Numbered from the stretch's first letter, positions 1-8,846 are shown. The stretch is 64,000 nucleotides of DNA from Minisyncoccia bacterium (GCA_041742965.1 JBGTNQ010000004.1:70241-134240); one strand, 5' to 3'. Program-made: numbers and translations. Notes: generated by a model from the sequence alone, not told the origin.

Positions 1-151
1 AGGAGTTTTTCCACCTCCTGTCTTTATACATCTTTGTCCCTTCTGTCCACCACAAAACCAAGCCTAAAGTTTTTCTTAAATTATCATTCATCAAAAAATA
101 ATATCATTCACATGTTATATAGCCAGTGTAAGATTTCACAAGTCAAAAACT

Positions 152-180
152 TTGCTTTTTAGACCATAATCACATAATAT
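152..180 (+). promoter_or_regulatory. sigma70-like promoter for tRNA-Pro
   Basis: TTGCTT (152-157), 17-nt spacer, TAATAT (175-180), about 15 nt upstream of the tRNA 5' end. Confidence 0.35.
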
Positions 181-194
181 TACACTCAACTAAA

Positions 195-268
195 CGGGGC
201 GTAGTATATCGGTAGTATATATGTTTTGGGAACATAAGGGCCGGGTTCGATTCCCGGCGCCCCGACCA
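195..268 (+). tRNA. tRNA-Pro (anticodon TGG), CCA encoded
   Basis: Cloverleaf read by eye: acceptor CGGGGCG/CGCCCCG (C1:G72 as in bacterial tRNA-Pro), anticodon stem TATGT/ACATA with loop TTTGGGA, T-arm CCGGG-TTCGATT-CCCGG, discriminator A then CCA. Confidence 0.8.
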
Positions 269-285
269 TTAGTGGTCTTTTGTTA

Positions 286-672
286 TTAAAGGACATTCTC
301 AATATAAGTCACTTTCGCTCGCCTGCTATCTTCGCTAATCATTACAATCACCGCATCCACTTGTATATTTTCTTCATCAAGACCGTGTTCTAAACAATAA
401 GTCTCTATTGCCCTATACATCCTCTCTAACTTCTTTGGATGTATATTCTCCTCGGGCCTAATAGTTTCATATGTAACATTTTTACTCGTTTCATATGAAA
501 CAGAAGACTTAACTTCTATAAAATGAGTAACTTTCCCCTTCTTTACAATAAGATCTATTTCTCCCCAGGGACGAAGATAATTAGCCTCTAGAAACTCGAA
601 GCTATGTTTCATGAGAAACTTCTTAGCTATGTTTTCTCCGAAATCACCGAATTTTCTCTTTTCTGTCTTCAT
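286..672 (-). CDS. YraN/UPF0102 family endonuclease-like protein
   Basis: 128 aa; the GEIDLI...HFIEVK core is typical of the YraN (restriction-endonuclease-like fold) family. Confidence 0.6.
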   Translation of the reverse strand: MKTEKRKFGDFGENIAKKFLMKHSFEFLEANYLRPWGEIDLIVKKGKVTHFIEVKSSVSYETSKNVTYETIRPEENIHPKKLERMYRAIETYCLEHGLDEENIQVDAVIVMISEDSRRAKVTYIENVL

Positions 673-1074
673 TTCTGATAAAAAGATGAATATTTTGATT
701 AATTACAATGTTTCCCGTGTAACACACCTAAATTCAAATAAAGTGTTTCACGTGAAACATATTTAATATCATTTTTATTAAAATAAGGCTTAAATTAGCC
801 ATTTAACGGGCAAAACAAAGATATTACAAGGACAAGAAAAACATGTCTTTAACACAGCTTTCCACAAGGTTATCCACATTTTCGTTCATTTTTTTATAAT
901 TTATGGTCAAGTAAACTATAAAATTAGGGCTTTTTTACAAAAGATCCATTTTATTGCAAATGAACAAAAAGACTCTATAAGGACGTCTCAGTGACAATTG
1001 TACCAGAGAATTGAACTGCAGTTTACAGTAAAAACTTCATGAAAGATTGTCGAACACAAAATGGAGAATTTTGG

Positions 1075-1092
1075 TGCGGGTAGGGAGAATCG
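1075..1092. repeat. 18-nt direct duplicate of the tRNA-Gly 3' end (TGCGGGTAGGGAGAATCG)
   Basis: Identical to 1211-1228 (3' acceptor/T-stem strand of the minus-strand tRNA-Gly); lies 118 bp downstream of the tRNA. Confidence 0.8.
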
Positions 1093-1210
1093 GTCACAAC
1101 TACTAGCTCGTCGTCACTCGCCAATGTTGCGACCCCGCCTCGCGGTTTCGCCCACTGGCAAAACATCGCTCCGGCCTTCGATTCTCCACGCAAAATAAGA
1201 AGTTATTTTG
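1093..1210. repeat. tRNA-linked repeat, copy A (GC-rich core GCGACCCCGCCTCGCGGTTTCG)
   Basis: GC-rich insert between tRNA-Gly and its 3' duplicate; the core matches copies at 1391-1408, 46447-46465 and 51573-51596. Confidence 0.6.
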
Positions 1211-1281
1211 TGCGGGTAGGGAGAATCGAACTCCCGTATACTGCTTGGAAGGCAGTCATTCTACCACTAAACTATACCCGC
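1211..1281 (-). tRNA. tRNA-Gly (anticodon TCC)
   Basis: Reverse complement GCGGGTATAGTTTAGTGGTAGAATGACTGCCTTCCAAGCAGTATACGGGAGTTCGATTCTCCCTACCCGCA; anticodon stem ACTGC/GCAGT with loop CTTCCAA. Confidence 0.8.
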
Positions 1282-1384
1282 AAATGTTTATGTATTGTAT
1301 ATCACGTGATTGTGCAGTCAATTCAAATAAAATAAAGAGATTTATTAAATTGTGGTCAGGAGTATTTTTCTTGTCGCCACAAGA

Positions 1385-1448
1385 AAAATCTCACGACCCT
1401 GGCTCGCCATTTTTTCTACTGAAAAAATATGGCTCCGCCCTGCACAAA
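1385..1448. repeat. tRNA-linked repeat, copy D (core TCACGACCCTGGCTCGCC, 1391-1408)
   Basis: Downstream of tRNA-Arg(TCG) and its terminator; its reverse complement aligns with copy C (CGAGCC(A/G)GGGTCG(T/C)GAGATTTTTC). Confidence 0.5.
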
Positions 1449-1482
1449 CCCCAAAAAAGCAAAGAAATTTGCTTTTTTGGGG
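1449..1482. terminator. bidirectional intrinsic terminator after tRNA-Arg(TCG)
   Basis: Perfect 15-bp stem CCCCAAAAAAGCAAA/TTTGCTTTTTTGGGG with GAAA loop, U-runs on both sides. Confidence 0.6.
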
Positions 1483-1486
1483 TTTG

Positions 1487-1558
1487 TGCACCCGGAGGGA
1501 CTCGAACCCCCAACGACAGTTCCGAAGACTGTTGTGATATCCATTTCACTACGGGTGC
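1487..1558 (-). tRNA. tRNA-Arg (anticodon TCG)
   Basis: Reverse complement GCACCCGTAGTGAAATGGATATCACAACAGTCTTCGGAACTGTCGTTGGGGGTTCGAGTCCCTCCGGGTGCA; anticodon stem ACAGT/ACTGT with loop CTTCGGA. Confidence 0.75.
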
Positions 1559-1638
1559 AGTTGATACATCATACTGCTTTTCTCCCTTTATTCAAATTTT
1601 AAGCCATACATTATGAAAGAAAAGAGGGGAGTGATAGA

Positions 1639-3123
1639 ATGATATTCAAGATGAAAGACTTATTTCCCATACCAGAAACTGTTTCACGAGTAACAGAAAC
1701 CTTAGAAAAAGCGGGTTTTGAGGCATATCTCATAGGTGGATGTGTCCGTGACCTTTTTCTAGGTAAAACCCCAAAGGATTGGGATGTGACAACAAACGCC
1801 AAACCGGATGAAATAACAGGGTTGTTTCCAAAAACATTTTATGAAAATGAGTATGGGACAGTCGGGGTGGTAAACGAGGACGAAAAAGACCCAGCTTTAG
1901 AAATTGTTGAGGTAACCCCGTATCGCACAGAAAGTGAGTATAGCGACAGCCGAAGGCCAGATAGTGTATCCTTTGACGCCACCCTGGAAGACGACCTGAA
2001 GCGTAGGGATTTTACAATGAATGCCATAGCTTTAAACCTCTCAAAAAACAAGGTGGTGGATCCGTTTGGCGGGAGAGTAGACCTCCAAAAAGGGCTAATT
2101 AGGGCGGTGGGAGAGCCGAAAAAGCGTTTTAGTGAGGATGCGCTTAGAATGCTTCGGGCAATTAGACTTCACGCAGAACTTGGTTTTACTATAGAAGAAA
2201 AAACTAAAGAGGGAATAAAAGACAGTGCAGAGTTATTGAAAAAAATTGCAAAAGAAAGAATCAGGGATGAATTCATAAAAACCCTAATGTCGGAAAATCC
2301 AATGGAAGCCATCGCAGTGGCTCAAAATTTAGGTGTACTGGAGTTTGTGGTGCCTGAGCTACTAGATGCCATAGGCATAGAGCAAAATCAAGCTCATGCC
2401 TTTGATGTATGGACGCATCTTTTAAAATCCCTACAACATTCAGCGGATAAAAAATGGCCAATCCACATACGCTTAGCAGCTCTTTTCCATGATATTTCCA
2501 AACCAGAGACTCGTAGATGGTCAAAAGAGAAGGAAGAATGGACATTTTATGGCCACGAGGTTGTCGGTGCCAGAAAAACAGAGGCGATACTAAAAAATCT
2601 AAAATTTCCAAATGAACTTGTAACAACAGTAGTTAAACTCGTAAGGTGGCATATGTTTTTTTCCGACACTGAACAAATCACTCTTTCGGCAGTCAGGAGA
2701 CTAATATCAAATGTTGGTAAGGAAAATGTTTGGGACCTTATGAACCTACGAGTATGCGACCGTATAGGGACTGGAAGACCCAAAGAAAACCCATATCGCT
2801 TAAGAAAATACCAATCAATGGTGGAGGAGGCGATGAGAGACCCTGTTTCAGTAGGAATGCTAGCCATTGACGGCAAAGACATTATGGATATAGCCAAGAT
2901 ACCAGCAAGTCCCAAGATTGGCCAAATACTTCACGCACTTCTTGAAGAAGTTTTGGAAAACCCTGAGTTGAACAAAAAAGATATTTTATCCAAAAAAGCT
3001 ATAAAGCTGGCCATATTTTCAGAAGAAGAGCTAAAAGAAAGGGGGGATTCTGGGAAAGAAAAGAGGGAAGAGGAGGAGGAAAAGATACTCAAAACAATCA
3101 GAGGTAAGTACGGAGTTCAATAA
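1639..3123 (+). CDS. cca: CCA-adding tRNA nucleotidyltransferase (HD domain-containing)
   Basis: 494 aa; N-terminal GGCVRDLFLG...DWDVTT nucleotidyltransferase motif and HD-domain histidines; strong RBS AGAGGGGAG upstream. Confidence 0.85.
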   Translation: MIFKMKDLFPIPETVSRVTETLEKAGFEAYLIGGCVRDLFLGKTPKDWDVTTNAKPDEITGLFPKTFYENEYGTVGVVNEDEKDPALEIVEVTPYRTESEYSDSRRPDSVSFDATLEDDLKRRDFTMNAIALNLSKNKVVDPFGGRVDLQKGLIRAVGEPKKRFSEDALRMLRAIRLHAELGFTIEEKTKEGIKDSAELLKKIAKERIRDEFIKTLMSENPMEAIAVAQNLGVLEFVVPELLDAIGIEQNQAHAFDVWTHLLKSLQHSADKKWPIHIRLAALFHDISKPETRRWSKEKEEWTFYGHEVVGARKTEAILKNLKFPNELVTTVVKLVRWHMFFSDTEQITLSAVRRLISNVGKENVWDLMNLRVCDRIGTGRPKENPYRLRKYQSMVEEAMRDPVSVGMLAIDGKDIMDIAKIPASPKIGQILHALLEEVLENPELNKKDILSKKAIKLAIFSEEELKERGDSGKEKREEEEEKILKTIRGKYGVQ

Positions 3124-3183
3124 TCCGCACACCAACTTTCTCACGGTTTCTACAAAAATATAAGGACAAAGTTGGTGTGCGGA
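3124..3183. repeat. perfect 16-bp inverted repeat hairpin (TCCGCACACCAACTTT ... AAAGTTGGTGTGCGGA) right after the cca stop
   Basis: Read directly; 28-nt spacer; shares the CCGCACAC(C/T)AA(C/T)TT motif with 3471-3490, 3765-3784 and 5056-5068. Confidence 0.8.
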
Positions 3184-3470
3184 TAAACACAAAGACCGCA
3201 GAGCAGTTGCGGTGCTTGCGGCCTTAGGCGAAAGGGCCGCTCAGTTAGGAATGAAAAGGTGATATATCCGATAAAACAAAAAAATAACTAGGTTGGTGAT
3301 ATATGATTATCCTTCACGCTCCAGACCAAGCTGGTCTCTCGCAGAGTTCGAACTCTTGAAAGAACTATTGCTCAGAAATTTGTCCTTGAACTTCCTTCTG
3401 TGCTTCTGGTGAAAGTATATCACCTATAAAGGACATTGAAAATAAAACTGTGGATATCTAATTGTCCTTT

Positions 3471-3784
3471 ACCCGCACACTAACTTTATTCAAAGATACT
3501 TTTACTTTCTTTTATTCTCTCCATTAACTGCCTTCTGGCCTGCCCACGCAATTTAAGCATAGATTCCCTATGACGCGCATCATTTTCCGCAGAATAAGCT
3601 TCATAATAAACGAGGCAATACGGCCTTTTGTTTTTTGTAGAAACTACAAGCCCGCTGTTATGTTCTATTAATCGCCTTTTTAAGTTATTAGTTGAACCTA
3701 TATACAACTCGTTAACCTTTCTTGCTTTCAATACATATACATAGAACATAACAAAATAAAGTTAGTGTGCGGGTCAAGGCTATT
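3471..3784. mobile_element. GIY-YIG mini-element: 87-aa GIY-YIG gene bounded by perfect 20-bp inverted repeats ACCCGCACACTAACTTTATT (3471-3490) / AATAAAGTTAGTGTGCGGGT (3765-3784)
   Basis: The IRs are exact reverse complements and overlap the stop codons of the GIY-YIG gene and of xth. Confidence 0.5.
3486..3749 (-). CDS. GIY-YIG nuclease family protein (standalone, YhbQ-like)
   Basis: 87 aa; MFYVYVLKARKVNELYIGSTNNLKRRLIEHN is a canonical GIY-YIG motif. Confidence 0.8.
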   Translation of the reverse strand: MFYVYVLKARKVNELYIGSTNNLKRRLIEHNSGLVVSTKNKRPYCLVYYEAYSAENDARHRESMLKLRGQARRQLMERIKESKSIFE

Positions 3785-4541
3785 CAATTATAATCTCCAA
3801 AGGACAGTGGTCGGATCCGAAAACAGAGCTTAAAATATTGGCTTTTTTGAGCTTAGGGAGCATTTCTTTACTTATAAAAAAGTAGTCTATTCTCCAACCA
3901 ACATTCCTGTCTCTAGCAAATGTTTTCATATCCCAATATGTATATGCTTCTTTTTTTTCTGGGAAAAGGTGCCGAAAGGTGTCTATATATCCCTTATCAA
4001 CAACCTTATCAATCCAAGCTCTTTCCTCTGGCAAGAACCCAGTATTGGTCTCATTTTCTTTTGGTCTAGCTAGATCCATTTCCTGATGGGCAGTATTCAC
4101 ATCTCCACAAAATATAACTGGTTTATGTTTGCGTAGCTTTTCAATGAATTTTAAAAAATCGTCGTAAAACTTAAGTTTATAAGCCAGGCGCTCTGGTCCA
4201 CCGCCACCGTTAGGGAAATAGACATTTAATAGAAAAAAATTTTCAAACTCCAAACCCACGATTCTACCTTCTGGGTCTTTTTCTTTACCAATTCCATAAA
4301 AAACATCTAGTGGTTTCTCTTTTGTATAAATAGCTGTTCCGCTGTAGCCCTTTTTTACCTCTGAGTGATTGAAATATGAATAATAGCCTGCAGGGTTACG
4401 GACCTCCTCGGGCAACTGATCAGGATGTGCCTTGGTCTCTTGAATACAAAAGATATCTGAGCTGTCATTTACCAGCCACTCAAAGTGACCCTTTTTGTGC
4501 ACTGCTCGCAAGCCATTAACATTCCAACTGATGATACGCAT
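3780..4541 (-). CDS. xth: exodeoxyribonuclease III
   Basis: 253 aa; MRIISWNVNGLRA N-terminus and a C-terminal SDHCP motif typical of the ExoIII/APE family. Confidence 0.9.
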   Translation of the reverse strand: MRIISWNVNGLRAVHKKGHFEWLVNDSSDIFCIQETKAHPDQLPEEVRNPAGYYSYFNHSEVKKGYSGTAIYTKEKPLDVFYGIGKEKDPEGRIVGLEFENFFLLNVYFPNGGGGPERLAYKLKFYDDFLKFIEKLRKHKPVIFCGDVNTAHQEMDLARPKENETNTGFLPEERAWIDKVVDKGYIDTFRHLFPEKKEAYTYWDMKTFARDRNVGWRIDYFFISKEMLPKLKKANILSSVFGSDHCPLEIIIE

Positions 4542-4638
4542 TCCTATAGCTTATAGTCTTTGCTTATTGGATGCCAGCTACCGAAGCAAACAAAAAAACG
4601 CCCCTCGACAAGCTCAGGGCGTTTTTGAGAGAACCCTC

Positions 4639-4989
4639 TCAGGGGGCGGGAATCGAGGGGTTATAAGGAAGATACTTCCGGCCAATTGAGAACTCTTTCG
4701 TCTCAGCACTTGAATCAACCTCAGACAACAGGGAGACGAAAAACATTCTGAACCTACCACCCCGAGATGCGGGGACTCTTGGTTCGGTCTCCACTCGACA
4801 CCACCAAAAGTTGTGACCATCCTTGAGCATCCTCTCTTGGTGTGGAGTAAGTGAGTTCCGAAGAACAAGCAGGGTCTCACCATCTTCATCGTGGCACTTT
4901 GCTTGCCACTGCGTTTTGTTTGGGTGACTATGATTCACCCCGACCTCGAACTTCAGGGCGATGGTCATGCCTTTGTATACAATCGGCAT
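4639..4989 (-). CDS. hypothetical protein in a locally GC-elevated segment
   Basis: 116-aa ORF with no recognisable motifs; surrounding sequence (about 4560-4990) is visibly GC-richer than its neighbours. Confidence 0.3.
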   Translation of the reverse strand: MPIVYKGMTIALKFEVGVNHSHPNKTQWQAKCHDEDGETLLVLRNSLTPHQERMLKDGHNFWWCRVETEPRVPASRGGRFRMFFVSLLSEVDSSAETKEFSIGRKYLPYNPSIPAP

Positions 4990-5064
4990 AAATTAACTCC
5001 TCTGTATAGATGAACTGTCTCTACATAGAGACTCTCACGAAGAGACTATTTGTCAACCCGCACA

Positions 5065-5982
5065 CTAATTTCTCTTATTGTGAAATCTTTTGTGAACATC
5101 TTTCAAATGCCTGTCAGTGACATGCGTATAAATCTGAGTAGTAGCAATATTGGCGTGGCCTAAAAGCATTTGAACGGAGCGTAAATCGGCTCCATTTTGC
5201 AAAAGATCGGTGGCGAAGCTGTGACGAATAACATGTGGTGTAACTTTTTTTGAAATACCAGCCTTTATTGCGTATTTTGCCACCAATCGCTCAATCGAGC
5301 GTGGGGTGAGGCGCTTTTCTCCCTCTTGGTTTTTATTTTTGCCGAGATTTACAAACATCGGGTCATCCATATCTGTGCGTTTTGCCAAATATTCCCTAAT
5401 CGCTTCCTTGGCTTCTTCTGATAAAAATACAACCCTCACCTTGTCTCCTTTTCCTCGCACAGAAAATTCATCGCGAGAGAGGTCTAGCTCTCGGGATAGA
5501 GAACAGAGCTCTGAAACACGAAGTCCTGTCGAGAAAAAAAGTTCTAAAATAGCCCTATCTCTAAGACCCTGAATGGCTGTTGTATCTGGGGCCTTCATAA
5601 TACGAGAAAGTTCTTCAGAGGTAATGAGGTCCAGAGATCGCTCAGGCACTTTAGCAAGCTCAATTCTGTCTGGGGGAAGAGAGTCTATATTTCTTTTTGC
5701 CAAATATTTGAGAAAAGCGCGTAAAGCAATGAGATAGTAATTCTGAGTTCTTTTTTTTATGGTTTCTTTTCGTCCACCAATAAAAGCTCCTGACTCTTTA
5801 CGATTAAGCCATAGACGATACTCGCGAATACGGTCGTCGGTAATATCTTTTGGGTCAGTGAGCTCTGTATTATTGAGAAAAGTAGTGAGATATCTGTCGT
5901 AATTCTCAATTGTTTTGAGACTTCGCCCACGAGAAACCTCCATATCTTCTAAAAATTGACGTTTAAGTTCAGGAAGTTTCAT
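5065..5982 (-). CDS. xerC: tyrosine recombinase XerC/XerD family
   Basis: 305 aa; N-terminal core-binding domain and C-terminal HVIRHSFAT...LLGH...TQIYTH catalytic motifs (R..HxxR..Y). Confidence 0.8.
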   Translation of the reverse strand: MKLPELKRQFLEDMEVSRGRSLKTIENYDRYLTTFLNNTELTDPKDITDDRIREYRLWLNRKESGAFIGGRKETIKKRTQNYYLIALRAFLKYLAKRNIDSLPPDRIELAKVPERSLDLITSEELSRIMKAPDTTAIQGLRDRAILELFFSTGLRVSELCSLSRELDLSRDEFSVRGKGDKVRVVFLSEEAKEAIREYLAKRTDMDDPMFVNLGKNKNQEGEKRLTPRSIERLVAKYAIKAGISKKVTPHVIRHSFATDLLQNGADLRSVQMLLGHANIATTQIYTHVTDRHLKDVHKRFHNKRN

Positions 5983-6077
5983 AAAGTAGAGTTAAATACA
6001 GGGTCGCACAATATTATACCAGAAAAAGGCCTATTTATTGTCTTTATTTGGGTCTAAATGACGGTGGCCAAAATAGG

Positions 6078-6106
6078 TTGCAAAAATAAGGGTTTTGTGC
6101 TATTAT
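6078..6106 (+). promoter_or_regulatory. sigma70-like promoter for rpsO
   Basis: TTGCAA (6078-6083), 17-nt spacer, TATTAT (6101-6106). Confidence 0.4.
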
Positions 6107-6115
6107 TAAAGGATA

Positions 6116-6388
6116 ATGATAACGAAAACAAAGAAAACAAAAATTATAAAAGAAGCCAAGGTCCATGACGCTGATACAGGGTCACCGGAAGTTCAGATTT
6201 CACTTTTAACAAAAAGGATAGAGGAACTTGCTTCTCATTTGAAAAAAAACCAAAAAGACCATCATTCTAGGAGGGGACTTCTCGGCATGGTGTCTGACAG
6301 GCAGTCACATATGAACTATCTTCAGAAAAAAGACACCAAGCGTTTCAATGCTTTGATGAAAAAACTCAACCTGAAGAAAAGGGCGTAA
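6116..6388 (+). CDS. rpsO: 30S ribosomal protein S15
   Basis: 90 aa; TGSPEVQISLLTKRIEELASHLKKNQKDHHSRRGLLGMV matches the S15 consensus. Confidence 0.9.
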   Translation: MITKTKKTKIIKEAKVHDADTGSPEVQISLLTKRIEELASHLKKNQKDHHSRRGLLGMVSDRQSHMNYLQKKDTKRFNALMKKLNLKKRA

Positions 6389-6418
6389 TTTAGTAAGTAT
6401 CCTACCTCATTAACAACA

Positions 6419-6970
6419 ATGACAGTTATAAAACACAAAGATCAACGCGTCGGCATTTTTATTGATGCCCAAAATCTATACCATAGCGGTAAAAATCTAT
6501 ACCATTCAAGGGTAAACTTCGGTCAAATAGTCAAAGACGCTTTAGTAAATCGCTTTCTAATCCGTGCAGTTGCTTATGTCATAACCACAGAAGGTGGTGA
6601 AGAAAAAAGCTTTTTTGAGGCGCTAGAAAAGGCGGGGATTGAAACAAAAACAAAAAATCTTCAAATATTTTTGGGAGGCTCTAAAAAGGCCGACTGGGAT
6701 GTTGGTATGGCTATGGACGCTGTAAAAATGGCGCCAAAACTAGACACTATAATCCTAGTATCTGGGGACGGAGATTTTGTTCCACTAGTAGAATACCTGA
6801 AAAACACTCACGGATGCCAAGTAGAAGTGGTGGCCTTTGGAAAATCTTCATCAAGTAGACTAATTGAAATCGCTGACGACTTTTTAGATTTGGATAAAAA
6901 TCATAAAAAATATCTTTTAGGTAGATCTGCTCAACAAAAGACGGGCCGAAACACTAAGTCTAGGGAATAG
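6419..6970 (+). CDS. NYN domain (LabA-like/DUF88) protein
   Basis: 183 aa; GIFIDAQNLYHS ... ILVSGDGDF motifs of the NYN/LabA family. Confidence 0.65.
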   Translation: MTVIKHKDQRVGIFIDAQNLYHSGKNLYHSRVNFGQIVKDALVNRFLIRAVAYVITTEGGEEKSFFEALEKAGIETKTKNLQIFLGGSKKADWDVGMAMDAVKMAPKLDTIILVSGDGDFVPLVEYLKNTHGCQVEVVAFGKSSSSRLIEIADDFLDLDKNHKKYLLGRSAQQKTGRNTKSRE

Positions 6971-7001
6971 GTGCAAAGTATTTATATAAGCCAGAGTCTC
7001 T

Positions 7002-8399
7002 GTGATAGAATTAAATCGCAAACGCATTTTTCTTATGCCTGAAGAAAAAGAAACAAAAAACTATATTCCTGAAGAAGCCCTAAAAGGGGGGACGGAAAAT
7101 TTGGCTAACACTGAAAGTGGCGCCGTAGAAAGCCCGGAAGAAGCATTCGAGAGGATTAACGGAAAGGGTAGCCTCCCAACCCCCGAAGAAGAGCCTCAAG
7201 ATCCTGGGGTGGTGATCAAAAGTTTGCGCACATTTCAGGGCGATGTGGCTGAAGCCATAAAGAACCAGAATGAATCGGTTATTTCTATAGCTATAGCTGA
7301 ACAAAACAGACAACCTAGAACAGAGAGAAGTTTCGAGAAAAAAGAATCTATAGAAATACCTTCACACAGTATTGTAGACAGGGTTTTGGGTGCAAAAAAA
7401 CAAGAACGAATCAATGTCCCGACTTTCAACAGAACCCCCGCACCAAGGCAGGAAGAATCGGAACAAATTCGACCAAGACAAACCGAGCCAGAACAAGTTG
7501 AAAAGAAGGTAGAAAAAAAAGTCATAGAAAAAATTAGCATTCAGGAACAGCCGAAGATCAGCTCTAGAGTCGTCTTTAGTCCAGCAAAAAAAGATAAGCT
7601 CGGACCGGATTTCAAAAAAAATGCACTGACCATAGTTTTCAGCATTATTCTCATCCTCTCAGGTATTGGTGTTGTTATTGGGCTTTACATTATTCAAAGC
7701 AAGGAACCGACAATCATCGGCACACCATCAAATTCTCAAACACTATTGGCATTTAATAAACAGGAAAAAATCTCTGTAAATAACTTGGACAGAGATGGTC
7801 TAATAGGGCGTCTAAACGAAATCAAAAGAGGGGAATCTCTCTCAAGCAATGATCTCTTATTTATTTCTCTAGAGGAGACTTTGGTTGAAGAGGCTAGACC
7901 CATAGCAACCCAAAGATTTTTTGAAATTTTAAAAACCGAAATACCGCCGGCGACACTTAGATCATTTGATAGAGCTTTCATGCTTGGAATGTATGGTCTG
8001 AGCGGAAACCAACCATTCCTTATTATAAAAATATCTTCCTTTGGAAACGCTTTTGATGGGATGCTCCAGTGGGAAAAAACCCTGAACAGAGACCTTGGAT
8101 CAATCTTTTCTCCAAGAGCAGTAACCATTACTGAATTTGGATCAACAGAAAGCGGCCCCTCAAACCCAAATAGCACAAGTACCGCCACCACCAGAATAGT
8201 AAATGTGGATATAGGTATAAACGAAAACTTTGAAGACATAACGACAAGAAACAAAGATGCTAGAATCCTAAAAAATGCGAGGGGGGACACGATACTTCTT
8301 TATTCTTTTCTTGACCAACAAACACTACTCATAACCTCTGGTGAAGCTACTTTGAGAGAAATTATAAACAAGTTTAATGCCTCAAAACTCATACGATAG
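7002..8399 (+). CDS. hypothetical membrane-anchored protein
   Basis: 465 aa; low-complexity charged N-terminus, one TM helix (ALTIVFSIILILSGIGVVIGLYII), large C-terminal domain. Confidence 0.5.
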   Translation: MIELNRKRIFLMPEEKETKNYIPEEALKGGTENLANTESGAVESPEEAFERINGKGSLPTPEEEPQDPGVVIKSLRTFQGDVAEAIKNQNESVISIAIAEQNRQPRTERSFEKKESIEIPSHSIVDRVLGAKKQERINVPTFNRTPAPRQEESEQIRPRQTEPEQVEKKVEKKVIEKISIQEQPKISSRVVFSPAKKDKLGPDFKKNALTIVFSIILILSGIGVVIGLYIIQSKEPTIIGTPSNSQTLLAFNKQEKISVNNLDRDGLIGRLNEIKRGESLSSNDLLFISLEETLVEEARPIATQRFFEILKTEIPPATLRSFDRAFMLGMYGLSGNQPFLIIKISSFGNAFDGMLQWEKTLNRDLGSIFSPRAVTITEFGSTESGPSNPNSTSTATTRIVNVDIGINENFEDITTRNKDARILKNARGDTILLYSFLDQQTLLITSGEATLREIINKFNASKLIR

Positions 8400-8439
8400 G
8401 ACATATTGCATAACTTCCCTTGCCTGATATCATAAACAC

Positions 8440-8802
8440 ATGACACCAGAACAACTGAAAAAATTTGAGGAAAAACTGAAAACAGAGAAAGAGCTTTTAG
8501 AGAAAGAGCTTGGGACGATTGGTAGAAGGAACCCGGAAAACCCCGTTGATTGGGAAGCTGTTCCAGCAGATATGGGAGAGGCCAGTGCTGATGAAAACGA
8601 AGTGGCAGACACAATAGAGGAGTTCGAAGCCAACACTGCTGTACTTAAACAACTAGAGATTAGATATAACGAAGTATCTGAAGCCTTAAAAAGAATGGCC
8701 GACGGAACTTACGGAAAATGTGAAGTTGATGGTGAACCAATAGAAATAGACAGACTAGAAGCAAATCCTGCGTCAAAAACCTGCAAAGAACATATGAGTT
8801 AG
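8440..8802 (+). CDS. DksA/TraR family C4-type zinc-finger protein
   Basis: 120 aa; coiled-coil N-terminus and C-terminal C-x2-D...C-x2-H finger (GKCEVDGEPIE...KTCKEH). Confidence 0.6.
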   Translation: MTPEQLKKFEEKLKTEKELLEKELGTIGRRNPENPVDWEAVPADMGEASADENEVADTIEEFEANTAVLKQLEIRYNEVSEALKRMADGTYGKCEVDGEPIEIDRLEANPASKTCKEHMS

Positions 8803-8846
8803 AAAGTTTCGTGTGAGTGCTCAGTTGTAAGTTGTTAGTCATTTTC

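Noticed and set aside
1078-1210. Possibility that 1078-1210 plus 1211-1281 is a single intron-containing or permuted tRNA
   Set aside because: The downstream piece only duplicates the 3' 18 nt; no second T-arm/acceptor architecture or intron-exon junction logic could be drawn; a direct-repeat scar is the simpler explanation
1245-1616. ORFs 1245-1616 and 1352-1537 in the ORF track
   Set aside because: They run across tRNA-Gly, tRNA-Arg(TCG), the terminator hairpin and the repeat copies; these are artefacts of ORF calling over RNA genes
3190-3470. tmRNA or other known ncRNA in the hairpin-rich cca-GIY-YIG gap
   Set aside because: The T-loop-like AGAGTTCGAACTCT is a 14-nt perfect palindrome rather than a T-arm; no acceptor pairing; treated as repeat-rich DNA only
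3471-3490. Idea that the 20-bp IR derives from the tRNA-Gly 3' end (both contain ACCCGCA / GTGCGGGT)
   Set aside because: Similarity is limited to about 8 nt plus a loose AT-rich tail; insufficient to claim derivation
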